Shown here in pieces: positions 18,025 to 28,075 of a stretch of DNA of 64,000 nt. The position numbers and the translations under genes are program-made. The first letter of the stretch is position 1. Each line of letters begins with the position of its first letter. This DNA comes from an uncultured delta proteobacterium (GTDB lineage Bacteria > Myxococcota_A > Polyangia > Polyangiales > B10-G4): contig CAVSGI010000017.1 of assembly GCA_963727445.1 (NCBI GenBank), forward strand, positions 128,001 through 192,000, written 5' to 3'. A model generated the notes under the pieces. It was not told the origin of the DNA. It did no database searches and saw only the letters and a list, made by a program, of their open reading frames with translations.

Positions 18025-19527
18025 TCAGAAGGCGGTCGGCTTCGTCGCGGGGGCGGGCGCGCTCTTGGGGCTGAGCCCGTAGTAGACGCCGCCGCCGATC
18101 AGAAAGCCGACGAACCAGGCATAGACGTAGATCTGGTCGAAGATGGCGGGGACCGAAGCGACCGCGCCGGCTTCGTGGAGAAAGCCCGGGACGTTGGGAA
18201 GGACCGCCAGCGCCAGGGCCAGCAGGGCGCGCCAGTTCCAGCCGTTTGCGTAGCTGTACTCGCCGTCCTTCCGGAAGAGCTCCTCGACGTTCATCTCCGT
18301 CTTGCGGATGAGGAAGTAGTCGGCGATGAGGATGCCGGCGATGGGGCCGAGGAGCGCCGAGTAGCCGATGAGCCAGACGAAGATGTAGCCGCCGGTGGAC
18401 TCGAGGAGCTTCCAGGGGAACATCGCGATGCCGAGGCCCGCGGTGATGTAGCCGCCCATCTTGAAGCTGATCTTCTCGGGGTTGATGTTCGAAAATCCGT
18501 TGGCCGGCGCGACGACGTTGGCGGCGAGGTTGGTGGTGAGGGTCGCGACCGCCAGGGCGAAGAGCGCGACCACGATGGACCAGCCGCCCATCTTTCCGAG
18601 GAGCGCCACCGGATCCCAGATGGCCTCGCCGTAGATGACGACGGTAGCCGAGGTGACCGCGACGCCGATGAAGGCGAAGAGCGCCATGGTCGGTGGAAGG
18701 CCCACGGCCTGGCCGAGCATCTGGTCCTTCTGCGTCTTGCAGTAGCGGGTGAAGTCCGGGATGTTCAGCGAGAGCGTCGCCCAGAAGCCCACCATCGCGG
18801 TGAGGCTCGGCGCGAAGACGCTCATGAACTGCCCTTCTTTTTCGCCGCCTTCCACGAACTGACTCGGCGTCGAGAGCATGGTGCCGAAGCCGCCCGCCTC
18901 GACGTAGGCCCAGACGAGCAGCGCGAGGCCCATGACGATCAAGAAGGGCGCGGCGTAGGTCTCGAGCCAGCGGATCGACTCGGTGCCCTTGGCGATGAAG
19001 TAGACGTGCAAGGCCCAGAAGGCGAGGAAACAGATCAGCTGCCAGAGGTCGATGCCGAGGAAGCCGATGGGGGTTCCGACGAACCAATCGCTCGAGACGG
19101 CGTTCAGGATGGTGTAGATGGCGGAGCCGCCGACCCAGGTCTGGATGCCGAACCAGCCGCAGGCGACGATGCCGCGAAGGAGCGCGGGCACGTTCGCCCC
19201 GACGGTGCCGAAGCTCGAACGGAGCAGCACCGGAAAGGGGATGCCGTGCTTGGTGCCGGCGTGGCCGACGAGCATCATCGGGATGAGCACGATGACGTTG
19301 CCGAGGAGCACCGTGAGCACCGCCTGCCACCACGCCATGCCCTGCTCGATCATCGACGCGGCGAGCATGTAGGTCGGGACGCAGACCACCATGCCCACCC
19401 AGAGGGCGGCGATGCAGGTCCACTTCCAGGTGCGCCCCTCCTCGGGGGTGGGTGCGAGATCGTCGTTGTAGAGGTGCGGGTCGGCGCCCTCGATCGGCAC
19501 CGGCTTGACGTCGGCGTGGGCGCTCAC
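18025..19527 (-). CDS. NCS1 family nucleobase:cation symporter (uracil/hydantoin-type)
   Basis: N.DLAP, ALWVGM, GIPFPVLLRSSFG, ACGWFGIQTW, WATLSLNIPDFTRY, PWKL. Confidence 0.95.
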   Translation of the reverse strand: MSAHADVKPVPIEGADPHLYNDDLAPTPEEGRTWKWTCIAALWVGMVVCVPTYMLAASMIEQGMAWWQAVLTVLLGNVIVLIPMMLVGHAGTKHGIPFPVLLRSSFGTVGANVPALLRGIVACGWFGIQTWVGGSAIYTILNAVSSDWFVGTPIGFLGIDLWQLICFLAFWALHVYFIAKGTESIRWLETYAAPFLIVMGLALLVWAYVEAGGFGTMLSTPSQFVEGGEKEGQFMSVFAPSLTAMVGFWATLSLNIPDFTRYCKTQKDQMLGQAVGLPPTMALFAFIGVAVTSATVVIYGEAIWDPVALLGKMGGWSIVVALFALAVATLTTNLAANVVAPANGFSNINPEKISFKMGGYITAGLGIAMFPWKLLESTGGYIFVWLIGYSALLGPIAGILIADYFLIRKTEMNVEELFRKDGEYSYANGWNWRALLALALAVLPNVPGFLHEAGAVASVPAIFDQIYVYAWFVGFLIGGGVYYGLSPKSAPAPATKPTAF

Positions 19528-19536
19528 CGTCCCCCC

Positions 19537-20935
19537 TCAGGCCTTTCCATCAGGGGCCTGCGATTTGCCGCGCGCCTTCGCGGTTGCCTCGAGACCACCT
19601 TCGACCCAGTCGGTGCCGGCGTTGATGCGCTCGTTCCAGGTGATGGACTCGGGCGCCTTTCGCTTCTCCACCATGGAGATGCACCCTTCGACCGGGCAGA
19701 CGAGCTGGCAGAGGTTGCAGCCGACGCACTCCTCCTCGTGTACGAAGGGGATGCGCGCGCCGGGCGTCCCGCCCCTCGCGGTGACGGGACGGTCGGGGAC
19801 GTTCTTCGGGAAGGCGACGTGGCCCCGCTTCTTCTTCTCCTCGTCGCTCATGCCGGGAATGTGGATGCACTGATGCGAGCCATCCATACAGGCCACGAAG
19901 CAGAGCTGGCAGCCGATGCACTTGTCCGGATCGATGTCGGCGACGACGTGATAGTTCAGGTCGAGGTTGCCCCAGTCCTTGATAGGCGGGGACCGCTTTT
20001 CCGACGAGGTCCATGGCCGACGCCATCCCCTTTTCGTCGAGGAAGTCGCCCAGGCCCTCGATCATGTCTTCGACGATGCGGTAGCCGTAGTGCATCACCG
20101 CCGTGCACACCTGCACCGAGGTCGAGCCGAGGGCCATGAACTCCGCCGCGTCCCGCCAGTTGGCGATGCCGCCGATGCCGCTGATCGGCTTCGGGAAGAC
20201 GTGCGCGACCTGCCCGAGCAGGTGCAGGGCGATGGGCTTGACCGCCGGGCCGCAGTAGCCGCCGTTCGACGAGGCGTCCCCGACGCGCGGCAGCGGCACC
20301 ATCTTGTCGAGGTCGACGCCCACGATGGACTTCACGGTGTTGATCAGGCTCACCGCATCGGCGCCCGCCTCGAGGGCCGCGACCGCGGGCTCGGTGATGT
20401 CGCCGATGTTGGGCGTGAGCTTGACGATGACCGGAATCTTCGCCTTCTCCATCACCCAGCCGACGATGGTCTTGAGCACCTCGGGCTCGGCGCCGACGGC
20501 GGAGCCCATACCGCGCTCGCACATCCCGTGCGGGCAGCCGAAGTTCAGCTCGATGAGATCGGAGCCGACGTCCTCGACCTTCTGGATGATCTCGTGCCAC
20601 TCCTCGCGGGTGTCGACCATCAGGGAGGCGATCAGCACGTTGTTCGGGTACTGCTTCTTCACCTCCTCCATCTCGCGGAGGTTCACGTCGAGGGGGCGGT
20701 CGGTGATGAGCTCGATGTTGTTGAGCCCCATCAGCTTGGTGTTGCCGTAGTCGACGCCGCCGAAGCGGCTCGAGACGTTCACGATGGGGTTGCCGAGGGT
20801 CTTCCACACGGCGCCGCCCCAGCCCGCGTCGAAGGCGCGCTTGACCTGATCACCGGTGTTGGTCGGAGGCGCGGAGGCGAGCCAGAAGGGGTTGGGGCTC
20901 TTCACCCCGCAGAAGTCGATGCTCAGGTCTGCCAT
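19537..20935 (-). CDS. preA: NAD-dependent dihydropyrimidine dehydrogenase subunit PreA, with a +1 frameshift at ~19981
   Basis: NPFWLASAPP, LNNIELI, ELNFGCPHGM, VKLTPN, SLINT; the C-terminal 2x[4Fe-4S] part (CIGCQLCFVAC, CVGCNLCQLVCP) continues in another frame after ...GCC TAT C AAG GAC TGG. Confidence 0.92.
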
Positions 20936-20952
20936 TCGTCCCTCTCCAATCC

Positions 20953-22278
20953 TCAGCTGAGCATCCGGGTGATCTCGCGGGCGGCGCGCTTGCCGTGCTC
21001 CGCGGCGTTGACGACTTCCTTGCCGCCGTTCACGCAGTCACCGCCGGCGAAGACCTTCGGGTTGCCGGTGCGGCAGGTCTCCTCGTCGACCTTCACCCTG
21101 CCCTTTTCGTCGAGCTCGACGCCCTCGAAGGCCTGAGCCAGCACGGTGAGGCGCGCCTGTCCAATGGCGAAGGCGACCGCGTCGCAGGCGAGGGTCTCGC
21201 TGGCGCCGTCCCCGGCCGTGCTCTCGACCTCGATGCCCACGATGGACCCGTCGTCACCGCGGACGACCTCGGCCACCCGCCGGTTCTCGATCAAGCGCAC
21301 GCCCTCCTTGCGGGCCGCGCTCATCTCGTGACGGTAGCCGCTCATCGCCTCCGCGGTCTTGCGGTAGACCATGTAGACGTCCGACACGCCGAGGAGGGCC
21401 AGCTCGCGCGCGATGTCGATCGCCGTGTTGCCACCGCCGATGATCGCGACGCTCGCGAAGCGGCTGAGGTCGAGGTTGTCGTCGCTCTTGATGCGCTCGA
21501 TGAGCGCCGTCGCGCCGTAGACCCCGGGGCCGTCCATGCCGTCCACGTCGAGGAAGTTGTCGGGACCGAGGCCGATGCCGATGAAGACGGCGTCGTAGTC
21601 CTCGAGGAGCGTCTCGGCGGAGACCTCGCCCTCCCGTGCCTCGCCGCCCACGACCGCGACCCCCGTCCGGAGCTCGATGCCGCCGAGCGAGAGGATGGCG
21701 TCGATCTCGTCGAGCGCATCCTCGGCCTTGAGCTTGTAGGGGGCGATGCCCAGCGTGTTGAGCCCGCCGGGGATCTTCTTCTGCTCGAAGATCACCGCGC
21801 TGTGCCCCTCGAGCGCGAGGTGGCCCGCGGCTGCGATGGACGCCGGCCCACCGCCGACGAGCGCGATCTTCTTGCCGGTGGAGGGCTTCTTGTTCTTCCC
21901 GATCAGCGCCGGGTCAGTGTCGAGCGCGACGGTGGTCGCGTAGCGCTGCAGTCGCCCGATGGCGATCGGCTCGCGGCCCCACTGGTTGTAAACGCAGTCA
22001 CCCGCGCAGAGCACCTCCACCGGACAGACGCGCGCGCAGGACGCGCCGAGCAGGTTGGACTCGAAGATGGTCCGCGCGGCGCCCTTGACGTTGTCGGTCG
22101 CGATCTTGTGGATGAAGGTCGGGATGTCGATCGACGTCGGGCACTTCTTGATGCACGGCGCGTCGACACAGTAGATGCAGCGGTTCGCCTCGGCGACGGC
22201 TTCGGCGTGGCTGTAGAGCGGCGCCTTGTCGCCGAGCTTCGACTCGAGCCGCTCTTTGGGAAGCGGGTAATCGGTCAT
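20953..22278 (-). CDS. preT: Dihydropyrimidine dehydrogenase subunit PreT (GltD-like Fe-S flavoprotein)
   Basis: EANRCIYCVDAPCIKKCP, CARVCPVEVLCAGDC, GGGPA, IGGGNTAID, FAGGD; ATG 22278 overlaps the upstream stop. Confidence 0.9.
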   Translation of the reverse strand: MTDYPLPKERLESKLGDKAPLYSHAEAVAEANRCIYCVDAPCIKKCPTSIDIPTFIHKIATDNVKGAARTIFESNLLGASCARVCPVEVLCAGDCVYNQWGREPIAIGRLQRYATTVALDTDPALIGKNKKPSTGKKIALVGGGPASIAAAGHLALEGHSAVIFEQKKIPGGLNTLGIAPYKLKAEDALDEIDAILSLGGIELRTGVAVVGGEAREGEVSAETLLEDYDAVFIGIGLGPDNFLDVDGMDGPGVYGATALIERIKSDDNLDLSRFASVAIIGGGNTAIDIARELALLGVSDVYMVYRKTAEAMSGYRHEMSAARKEGVRLIENRRVAEVVRGDDGSIVGIEVESTAGDGASETLACDAVAFAIGQARLTVLAQAFEGVELDEKGRVKVDEETCRTGNPKVFAGGDCVNGGKEVVNAAEHGKRAAREITRMLS

Positions 22279-23573
22279 CGTCCTGCCAGTGCGTCGAAGG
22301 ACTCGTCGAGGATGTTCAGTGCCTCGCCCAGGTCGTCCTTGGTGACGTTCAGCATCGGGCTGATGCGCAGCACGTTGCCGTGCAGGCCGCCCTTGCCGAT
22401 GAGAAGCTTGCGCTTCTTGGTCTCCTCGAAGAGCGCGCCCACCGCCTTGGCGTTCGGCGTGCGGTCGCCCTTGGTCTCGTCGACCACCAGCTCCACGGCC
22501 TGCATCAGTCCCATGCCGCGAACGTCGCCGACCATCTCGGGGTGCTTCTTCTGGATCTTCAGGAGACCCTCGCGGAGCTCCGCGCCCCGCTCCCGCGCGT
22601 TCCTCGGCAGGTCGTCGCGCTCGATGATGTCGAGGACGGCGCCTGCGGCCGCGGTGGAGACCGGGTTGCCGCCGAAGGTGGAGATGGTCGACTTGGTGAA
22701 GCTGTCGGCGACCACCGGCGTCGCCACGCAGGCGCCGAGGGGGAAGCCATTGGCGATGCCCTTGGCCATCGTCATGATCTCCGGCTCGACACCGTAGTTG
22801 TCGATGCCCCACATCTCGCCGGTACGACCGAAGCCGGTCTGCACCTCGTCGCTGATCATCACGCCGCCGTACTTGCGGACGATCTCGGCGGCGATCTCGA
22901 AGTACTCCTTCGGCGGGGTGATGAAGCCGCCCACGCCCTGGATGGGCTCCGCGAGCATGCCCGCGATGCGCCCGGTGGTCGTGGTCTGGATCAGCTCGTC
23001 GATGTCCTTGGCGCACTGAACGCCGCAGCTCGGATACTCGAGCTTGAAGGGGCAGCGGTAACAGTAGGGGCTCATGGCGTGCTTGATCGCCGCGACCTGC
23101 GTCGGGATGGCGCGATAGGGCGAGTGCGCCGTGAGCGACTGGGCGAGGAGCGACCGGCCCGAGTAGCCGTGGCGCAGCGCGACAAGCTCCTGATTGCCGG
23201 TGTAGACCTGCGCGAGGGCGACAGCGGTCTCGTCGGCTTCGGTCCCCGAGGCGACGAAGAACGCCTTGTCGAGGTTGCCGGGCGTCACCTTGGTGAGCTT
23301 CTCGGCGAGCTCCACCATCGGCACCGTCGGGTAGAGCGTGGAGACGTGGCTCAGCCGCCCGACCTGGGCGATCACCGCCGCGTTCACCTCTTCGTTGGCG
23401 TGGCCCACGGAGACCGTGAGGATCCCGCCGAAGAGGTCGAGGTACTCGTTGCCGTCGAGGTCACGGATCCGCGAGCCCTTGCCCTCGCTCAGGACGATGG
23501 GCTCCTGGTAGAAGTTGGCGACGGACGGAAACAGGTGCTTCGCGTGCTTTTCGCGAATCTCTTTGCTGTTCAT
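22275..23573 (-). CDS. Class-III PLP aminotransferase (probable beta-alanine aminotransferase)
   Basis: YLDLFGG, SGTEADE, AEPIQGVGG, SDEVQTGFGRTG, TMAKG, STFGGNP; pyrimidine-catabolism context. Confidence 0.88.
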   Translation of the reverse strand: MNSKEIREKHAKHLFPSVANFYQEPIVLSEGKGSRIRDLDGNEYLDLFGGILTVSVGHANEEVNAAVIAQVGRLSHVSTLYPTVPMVELAEKLTKVTPGNLDKAFFVASGTEADETAVALAQVYTGNQELVALRHGYSGRSLLAQSLTAHSPYRAIPTQVAAIKHAMSPYCYRCPFKLEYPSCGVQCAKDIDELIQTTTTGRIAGMLAEPIQGVGGFITPPKEYFEIAAEIVRKYGGVMISDEVQTGFGRTGEMWGIDNYGVEPEIMTMAKGIANGFPLGACVATPVVADSFTKSTISTFGGNPVSTAAAGAVLDIIERDDLPRNARERGAELREGLLKIQKKHPEMVGDVRGMGLMQAVELVVDETKGDRTPNAKAVGALFEETKKRKLLIGKGGLHGNVLRISPMLNVTKDDLGEALNILDESFDALAGR

Positions 23574-23650
23574 AGGCACTTTCGCCCCGCCCGCGCGGAG
23601 CGCCTCCCGCTTCCCCGCCTGGCGACGGCCAAGCCCTGGGAAAGACGACG

Positions 23651-23679
23651 ACTTTGACCCGAGAACGGGTCTCCGTCCA
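23651..23679 (-). promoter_or_regulatory. Shared pyrimidine-catabolism promoter/operator, copy A
   Basis: TGGACG-GAGACCCGTTCTCGGGT-CAAAGT; contains palindrome GACCCG-N4-CGGGTC; recurs at 33423, 45869 and 58144. Confidence 0.75.
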
Positions 23680-23736
23680 ACCTTCGTGCCCGAGTGAGCT
23701 AAACCCTCGAAATCGTTTCGTGAGTCGCCACAGGGC

Positions 23737-25761
23737 TCAAAAGCCACCGCCCGGGACCGGCAGCGAGGTCCCGTCGAAATTGATGCCATTGTCTCGATAG
23801 ACGACGCGGTCGCTGAGGTCGGCCGGATCGATCGTCCCGAGTTGGCTGTTCACGCCGACGGGGTTGTCGGCGATGAGACCGTCGCGGATGGACACGGCAC
23901 CGGGGGAGACGAGCTGCAGCCCGGCGACCTCGTGATTCGAGGTGATGAAGCGCTCCATGTCGAGACCACCGGAGTCGAGCACCACGATGCCCATCCCGGC
24001 CCCGTTGAGCGCGTTGGCCGCGGTCGCTTCGACGCGCACGTCGGTGAGGGAGAGCGAGCCGCTCGGCCCGAGGAGCATGACGCCCGCTTCGGTGCTTCGA
24101 AGCACCTCGCAGCGGGTGCAGCTGAACGTCGCGCCGAGCTGCACCGAGACCCCGCGGCCGCCAGCGCCCGCCGATGTCGGCACGTTGTCCGTCACCACCG
24201 CATCCTCGACCGCGAGCCGCGTATCCGAATCGGTGGCGATCACGGCGCCGCCGATGCTGCCTGGGCTCTGGAGACGCCGAACCGTCACGTCCGCACCCAT
24301 GCGGACCTCCACCGACGCGGCGGCACCGATCATCCGTGAGAGCTCGGGCGCGAGGTCGAGAGTGGTCAGGTCGTCGACCTCCACCAGGGTGCCCGGATTG
24401 ATGGCCGCGATCGCGGCCCCCTTGGTGCCTCGCGTCAGGACGCGCTCCATGACGACGGACTCCGCGGAGTCGATGACGAAGCCGATCCCTCCGGCCATGT
24501 CGCTCAGCTGAGGTCGCACGTCCTGCAGGATGGTGTCCCGGAGTGTGACGTTCAGACCGAAGCCGACCATGGTGAAGGCAGCGCCGGTCGTGCGCGCGAG
24601 GTGGAGCCGCTCGGCGGTCAACGTGCCGCGCACGTTGAGCCCGATCCCGTAGCCGGTATCCCCCCGGAAGGCATCCGACTCGACGTCGCGGATGACGACC
24701 GTGTCGAGATCGCCGTTGGTTCCGCCGGAGAGGAAGAGCCCCGCGCTGTGCACCCGCTCGACCACGACGCGGAGCGCTTCGACGGTGCCCCCCGCGGCTG
24801 CAGCGATGCCGTTGCCGAGGCCCGCATCCGGGCGGTCCACGACGTCCGTGACCGCCACGTCTTCGACGCGCAACGAGCCGCCGCCGTTGATCCCGATCCC
24901 TGCCGCGACGCTCCGCTGGATCACACCCTGACGAATTTCGACGCGGCTCGTGTCGTTGATGAAGACGCCGAAGCCTACGTCCGTCGATTGGTTGTCGGTG
25001 TCGCGGATCGCGATCCGCTCGGCCACGACCGACGCCATCCCGGTGGCCGCCAGAGCGATGAGCGCGACGCGCACCTGCAGATCGCGGAGGTGGCACTCTC
25101 CATCCGACGCCCGGATGCCGGGGCGCAGGCCGGCGACCGTCAGGTTCGACAGAGACGATCCCGCGCCCATGAGCACGCCATGGGTCGACAGATCCCCGGC
25201 GGGGAGGTCGAGGACGGTCTCGGCGACACACGCCCCGACCAGGGCGACGTCGGCGGGGAGGTCGAAGGTCTCCGGATAGACGCCGACCGACACGGCGATG
25301 GTGTCGCCCGCCGTGGCCACCGCCACCGCCTCGGCGATCGTCCCGAAGGGAGCGCTGCGGCTTCCGTCGCCGCCCGTCTCCCCGGCGCGGACGTAGTGAA
25401 CGGTCGAATCGGCGGGCAGGTCGGCGGGCCAACCGTCGGCGGCGCAGCTCGTCCCGAGCGGCGCACAGCGCGCGTCCCCGGGGAAGCGAACCTGGTCGTC
25501 CGGGCAGCCCTCCCACGCGGCGGGCCACGGCTCACACGACTGTGCGCCGGCGACATCCAGAGGCGTCCATCCCGCGGGGCACTCGCCGAAGGAAGGAAGC
25601 GCAGGAGCCGCGGGGGGCGCTGGCGTGGTCGGCATGAAGACGGCCGAGTCCACGGCGCCGTCGGCAAGGCCGGTGTCGCCGGCGTCGATGATGGCGCCGT
25701 CGTCGCCGCAGGCCGCCACACATGACACGAGCGCGACGAGCGACCAGCGTAGGTGCTTCAC
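23737..25761 (-). CDS. Right-handed parallel beta-helix lipoprotein (DUF1565-like)
   Basis: Lipobox VAAC; YV...GDGS..APF.TI.EA....AGDTI.V..G.Y.E; repeated beta-helix turns; paralog of 33505..35553. Confidence 0.8.
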   Translation of the reverse strand: MKHLRWSLVALVSCVAACGDDGAIIDAGDTGLADGAVDSAVFMPTTPAPPAAPALPSFGECPAGWTPLDVAGAQSCEPWPAAWEGCPDDQVRFPGDARCAPLGTSCAADGWPADLPADSTVHYVRAGETGGDGSRSAPFGTIAEAVAVATAGDTIAVSVGVYPETFDLPADVALVGACVAETVLDLPAGDLSTHGVLMGAGSSLSNLTVAGLRPGIRASDGECHLRDLQVRVALIALAATGMASVVAERIAIRDTDNQSTDVGFGVFINDTSRVEIRQGVIQRSVAAGIGINGGGSLRVEDVAVTDVVDRPDAGLGNGIAAAAGGTVEALRVVVERVHSAGLFLSGGTNGDLDTVVIRDVESDAFRGDTGYGIGLNVRGTLTAERLHLARTTGAAFTMVGFGLNVTLRDTILQDVRPQLSDMAGGIGFVIDSAESVVMERVLTRGTKGAAIAAINPGTLVEVDDLTTLDLAPELSRMIGAAASVEVRMGADVTVRRLQSPGSIGGAVIATDSDTRLAVEDAVVTDNVPTSAGAGGRGVSVQLGATFSCTRCEVLRSTEAGVMLLGPSGSLSLTDVRVEATAANALNGAGMGIVVLDSGGLDMERFITSNHEVAGLQLVSPGAVSIRDGLIADNPVGVNSQLGTIDPADLSDRVVYRDNGINFDGTSLPVPGGGF

Positions 25762-25780
25762 CGGTGCATCGTACTCGATC

Positions 25781-25813
25781 GGGCACGGGCACGGGCACAA
25801 GCACGGGGCACGG
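25781..25813. repeat. Short GGGCAC hexamer tandem repeat (intergenic)
   Basis: gggcac gggcac gggcac aagcac ggggcac ggg. Confidence 0.7.
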
Positions 25814-25836
25814 GAGCCGGTTGCCGAGGCAACCGG

Positions 25837-27996
25837 CTAGCGCCGGATGTCGAGGAGATCGAGGATGAAAGCGTAGGTGAGCGCCGTCTCACGATGGCGG
25901 CGGAAGCGGCCCGAGGCGCCCCCGTGGCCCGCGTCCATGTTCACCGAGAAGAGCAGCCGGTGGTCGTCGGTCTTGAGCTCTCGCAGGCGCGCCACCCACT
26001 TCATCGGCTCCCAGTACTGCACCTGCGAGTCGTGGAGCCCGGTGATGACGAGCATGTGGGGGTAGGCCTGCGCGCTCACGTTGTCGTAGGGCGAGTAGCT
26101 CATCATGTAATCGAAGTACGTGCGGTCGTTCGGGTTGCCCCACTCGTCGTATTCGAAGGTCGTCAGCGGGATGGTCTCGTCGAGCATGGTGGTGACGACG
26201 TCGACGAAGGGCACATCGGCGACGATCGCCAGGAAGAGCTCCGGCGCCATGTTGGCGACGGCGCCCACCAGGAGCCCGCCGGCGCTTCCGCCGTGCGCGA
26301 AGAGTCGATCGGGCGCGGTCCACCCCTGGTCCACCAGGTAGCGCGCGCAATCGATGAAATCCTCGAAGGTGTGCCGCTTCTCGAGGAGCCGGCCGTGCTC
26401 GTACCAGGCGCGGCCCATCTCCTGCCCACCGCGGATGTGGGCGATGGCGTAGATGACACCGCGGTCGAGGAGACTGATCCGTGTGGACGAAAAGGTCGGG
26501 TCGAGGGAGTAGCCGTACGCGCCGTAGCCGTACAGGAGTAGCGGTTGGGGCTGACTGCGATCGAGGTCGCGCCGATAGACGACGGAGATCGGCACCGCCG
26601 TGCCGTCGCGCGCCGTGGCGGTGAGACGGGTGGTCGCATAGGCCTCCGGATCGAAGTCGCCCTCCACGCGATCACGCTTGCGGAGCGTCATCTGGCGCGT
26701 CTCCATGTCGTAGTCGTAGACCGACCAGGGCGTGGTCATGGAGCTGTAGTCGAGGCGCAGGGTGGTGGTGTCCGGCTCGGAGTTCGTTCCGATGTCCGCG
26801 TAGTACGCCGGCTCTTCGAAGGCGACCTCGTGGGCAGCGCTTCTGTCGGCCCAGGGGATCACCCGCACGCGCGCGATCCCGTCACGTCGCTCCGCGACCA
26901 CCAGATGATCGTCGAAGAGCTCGAAGCCGCGGAGGTGCACGCCATCGCGCGCCCCGATCTCCTCGCGCCAGTTCGTCTTGTCCTCGCTCCGCCCGGGCTC
27001 CACCGACATCAGGCGAAAGTCGCGGGCCTGCCAGTTGGTGCGGATCCAGAAGCGCCCCTGGAAGTGATCGATGTCGTACTCGTGATCGTCCTCGCGATCG
27101 AGAAAGAGCACCGGCTCCGACTCTGGGTTTCGCGCATCCACGTAGCGGTATTCGTGGCTGAGGGTCTGGTAGCTCCCGATGAGGATGTATCGCCGGGAGC
27201 GGCTCCGGCTGATACCCAGGAGGAACTCGGCATCGGTCTCGTCGTAGACCATCACGTCCTCGCTGGACGCGGTTCCGAGGGTGTGTCGCCAGACCTGATG
27301 CGCGCGCAGCGTTCCTTCTTCACGCTTGATGTAGAAGACGGTGCGGTTGTCGAGCGCCCAGACCAGCGCGCCGGTGGTTCCCTCGATCACGTCGGGGAGG
27401 CGCTCGCCGGTCTCGAGGTCACGGAAGCGCGCGGTGTAGATCCGCCGGCTCACGGTGTCCTCGGCGTAGGCGAGGATCTTGCCGTCGACGGTCACCGTCA
27501 GCCCCGTGGCCGCGTAGTACTCGTGGCCCTCCGCCTCGGCATTGGCGTCGAGGATGACCTGCTCCTCCGCGTCGAGGTTCCCTGCCTTGCGGCAGTAGAT
27601 CGGGTACTCCTTCCCCTCCTCGACGCGGCTGTAGTACCAGTAGCCGTCGAGGCGATAAGGCACCGACTCGTCATCCTTCGGGATGCGCGCGACAATCTCT
27701 TCGTAGAGCGCCTCGCGAAAATCTGCGACGGGCGCCAGCATCCCCTCCGCGTATTCGTTCTCCGCACGGAGATGAGCCAGCACCTCGGGATCGCTGCGGT
27801 CGTCGCTGCGCATCCAGAAGTACGGGTCCTGACGAACGACCCCATGCTCTCGATGTTCGTACGGAACCTGCTTCGCGATGGGTGGGGTCATGTGTCGTTC
27901 TCGGGGAGGGTGGTCGGTGTGGGTGACGGTCGTCCGCGTCCCGCCGCAGGCCATGGCGAGGAGGAGGAAAGCGTGGGAGCAGAGGCGCAGAGCCAT
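25837..27996 (-). CDS. ptrB: Oligopeptidase B (S9A family) with lipoprotein signal
   Basis: DPYFWMR, LLLYGYGAYG, HIRGG.EMG, GGSAGG, VPFVDV, EYDEWGNP, D..V.YWEP.KW, AGHGG; lipobox LAMAC. Confidence 0.92.
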   Translation of the reverse strand: MALRLCSHAFLLLAMACGGTRTTVTHTDHPPRERHMTPPIAKQVPYEHREHGVVRQDPYFWMRSDDRSDPEVLAHLRAENEYAEGMLAPVADFREALYEEIVARIPKDDESVPYRLDGYWYYSRVEEGKEYPIYCRKAGNLDAEEQVILDANAEAEGHEYYAATGLTVTVDGKILAYAEDTVSRRIYTARFRDLETGERLPDVIEGTTGALVWALDNRTVFYIKREEGTLRAHQVWRHTLGTASSEDVMVYDETDAEFLLGISRSRSRRYILIGSYQTLSHEYRYVDARNPESEPVLFLDREDDHEYDIDHFQGRFWIRTNWQARDFRLMSVEPGRSEDKTNWREEIGARDGVHLRGFELFDDHLVVAERRDGIARVRVIPWADRSAAHEVAFEEPAYYADIGTNSEPDTTTLRLDYSSMTTPWSVYDYDMETRQMTLRKRDRVEGDFDPEAYATTRLTATARDGTAVPISVVYRRDLDRSQPQPLLLYGYGAYGYSLDPTFSSTRISLLDRGVIYAIAHIRGGQEMGRAWYEHGRLLEKRHTFEDFIDCARYLVDQGWTAPDRLFAHGGSAGGLLVGAVANMAPELFLAIVADVPFVDVVTTMLDETIPLTTFEYDEWGNPNDRTYFDYMMSYSPYDNVSAQAYPHMLVITGLHDSQVQYWEPMKWVARLRELKTDDHRLLFSVNMDAGHGGASGRFRRHRETALTYAFILDLLDIRR

Positions 27997-28075
27997 GAGG
28001 GAGCGGTAGCCGGCCAAGGGAGGGTTTTCAAGTTGGCCGGGCCTCTGCAACTCCGTAATCTGTGCCGACGGCCCC

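Noticed and set aside
14193..19423. Very long R/G/P-rich ORFs (958 aa, 919 aa) and similar ones throughout the window
   Set aside because: Off-frame or antisense shadows typical of high-GC DNA, overlapping well-supported genes
19960..20000. Programmed ribosomal frameshift in preA
   Set aside because: No slippery heptamer at the site, and the same single-base signature occurs in two unrelated genes
25761..25800. MCPCPCP metal-binding N-terminus on the beta-helix protein
   Set aside because: Produced by the intergenic GGGCAC repeat; the signal peptide and -10 box support GTG 25761 as the start
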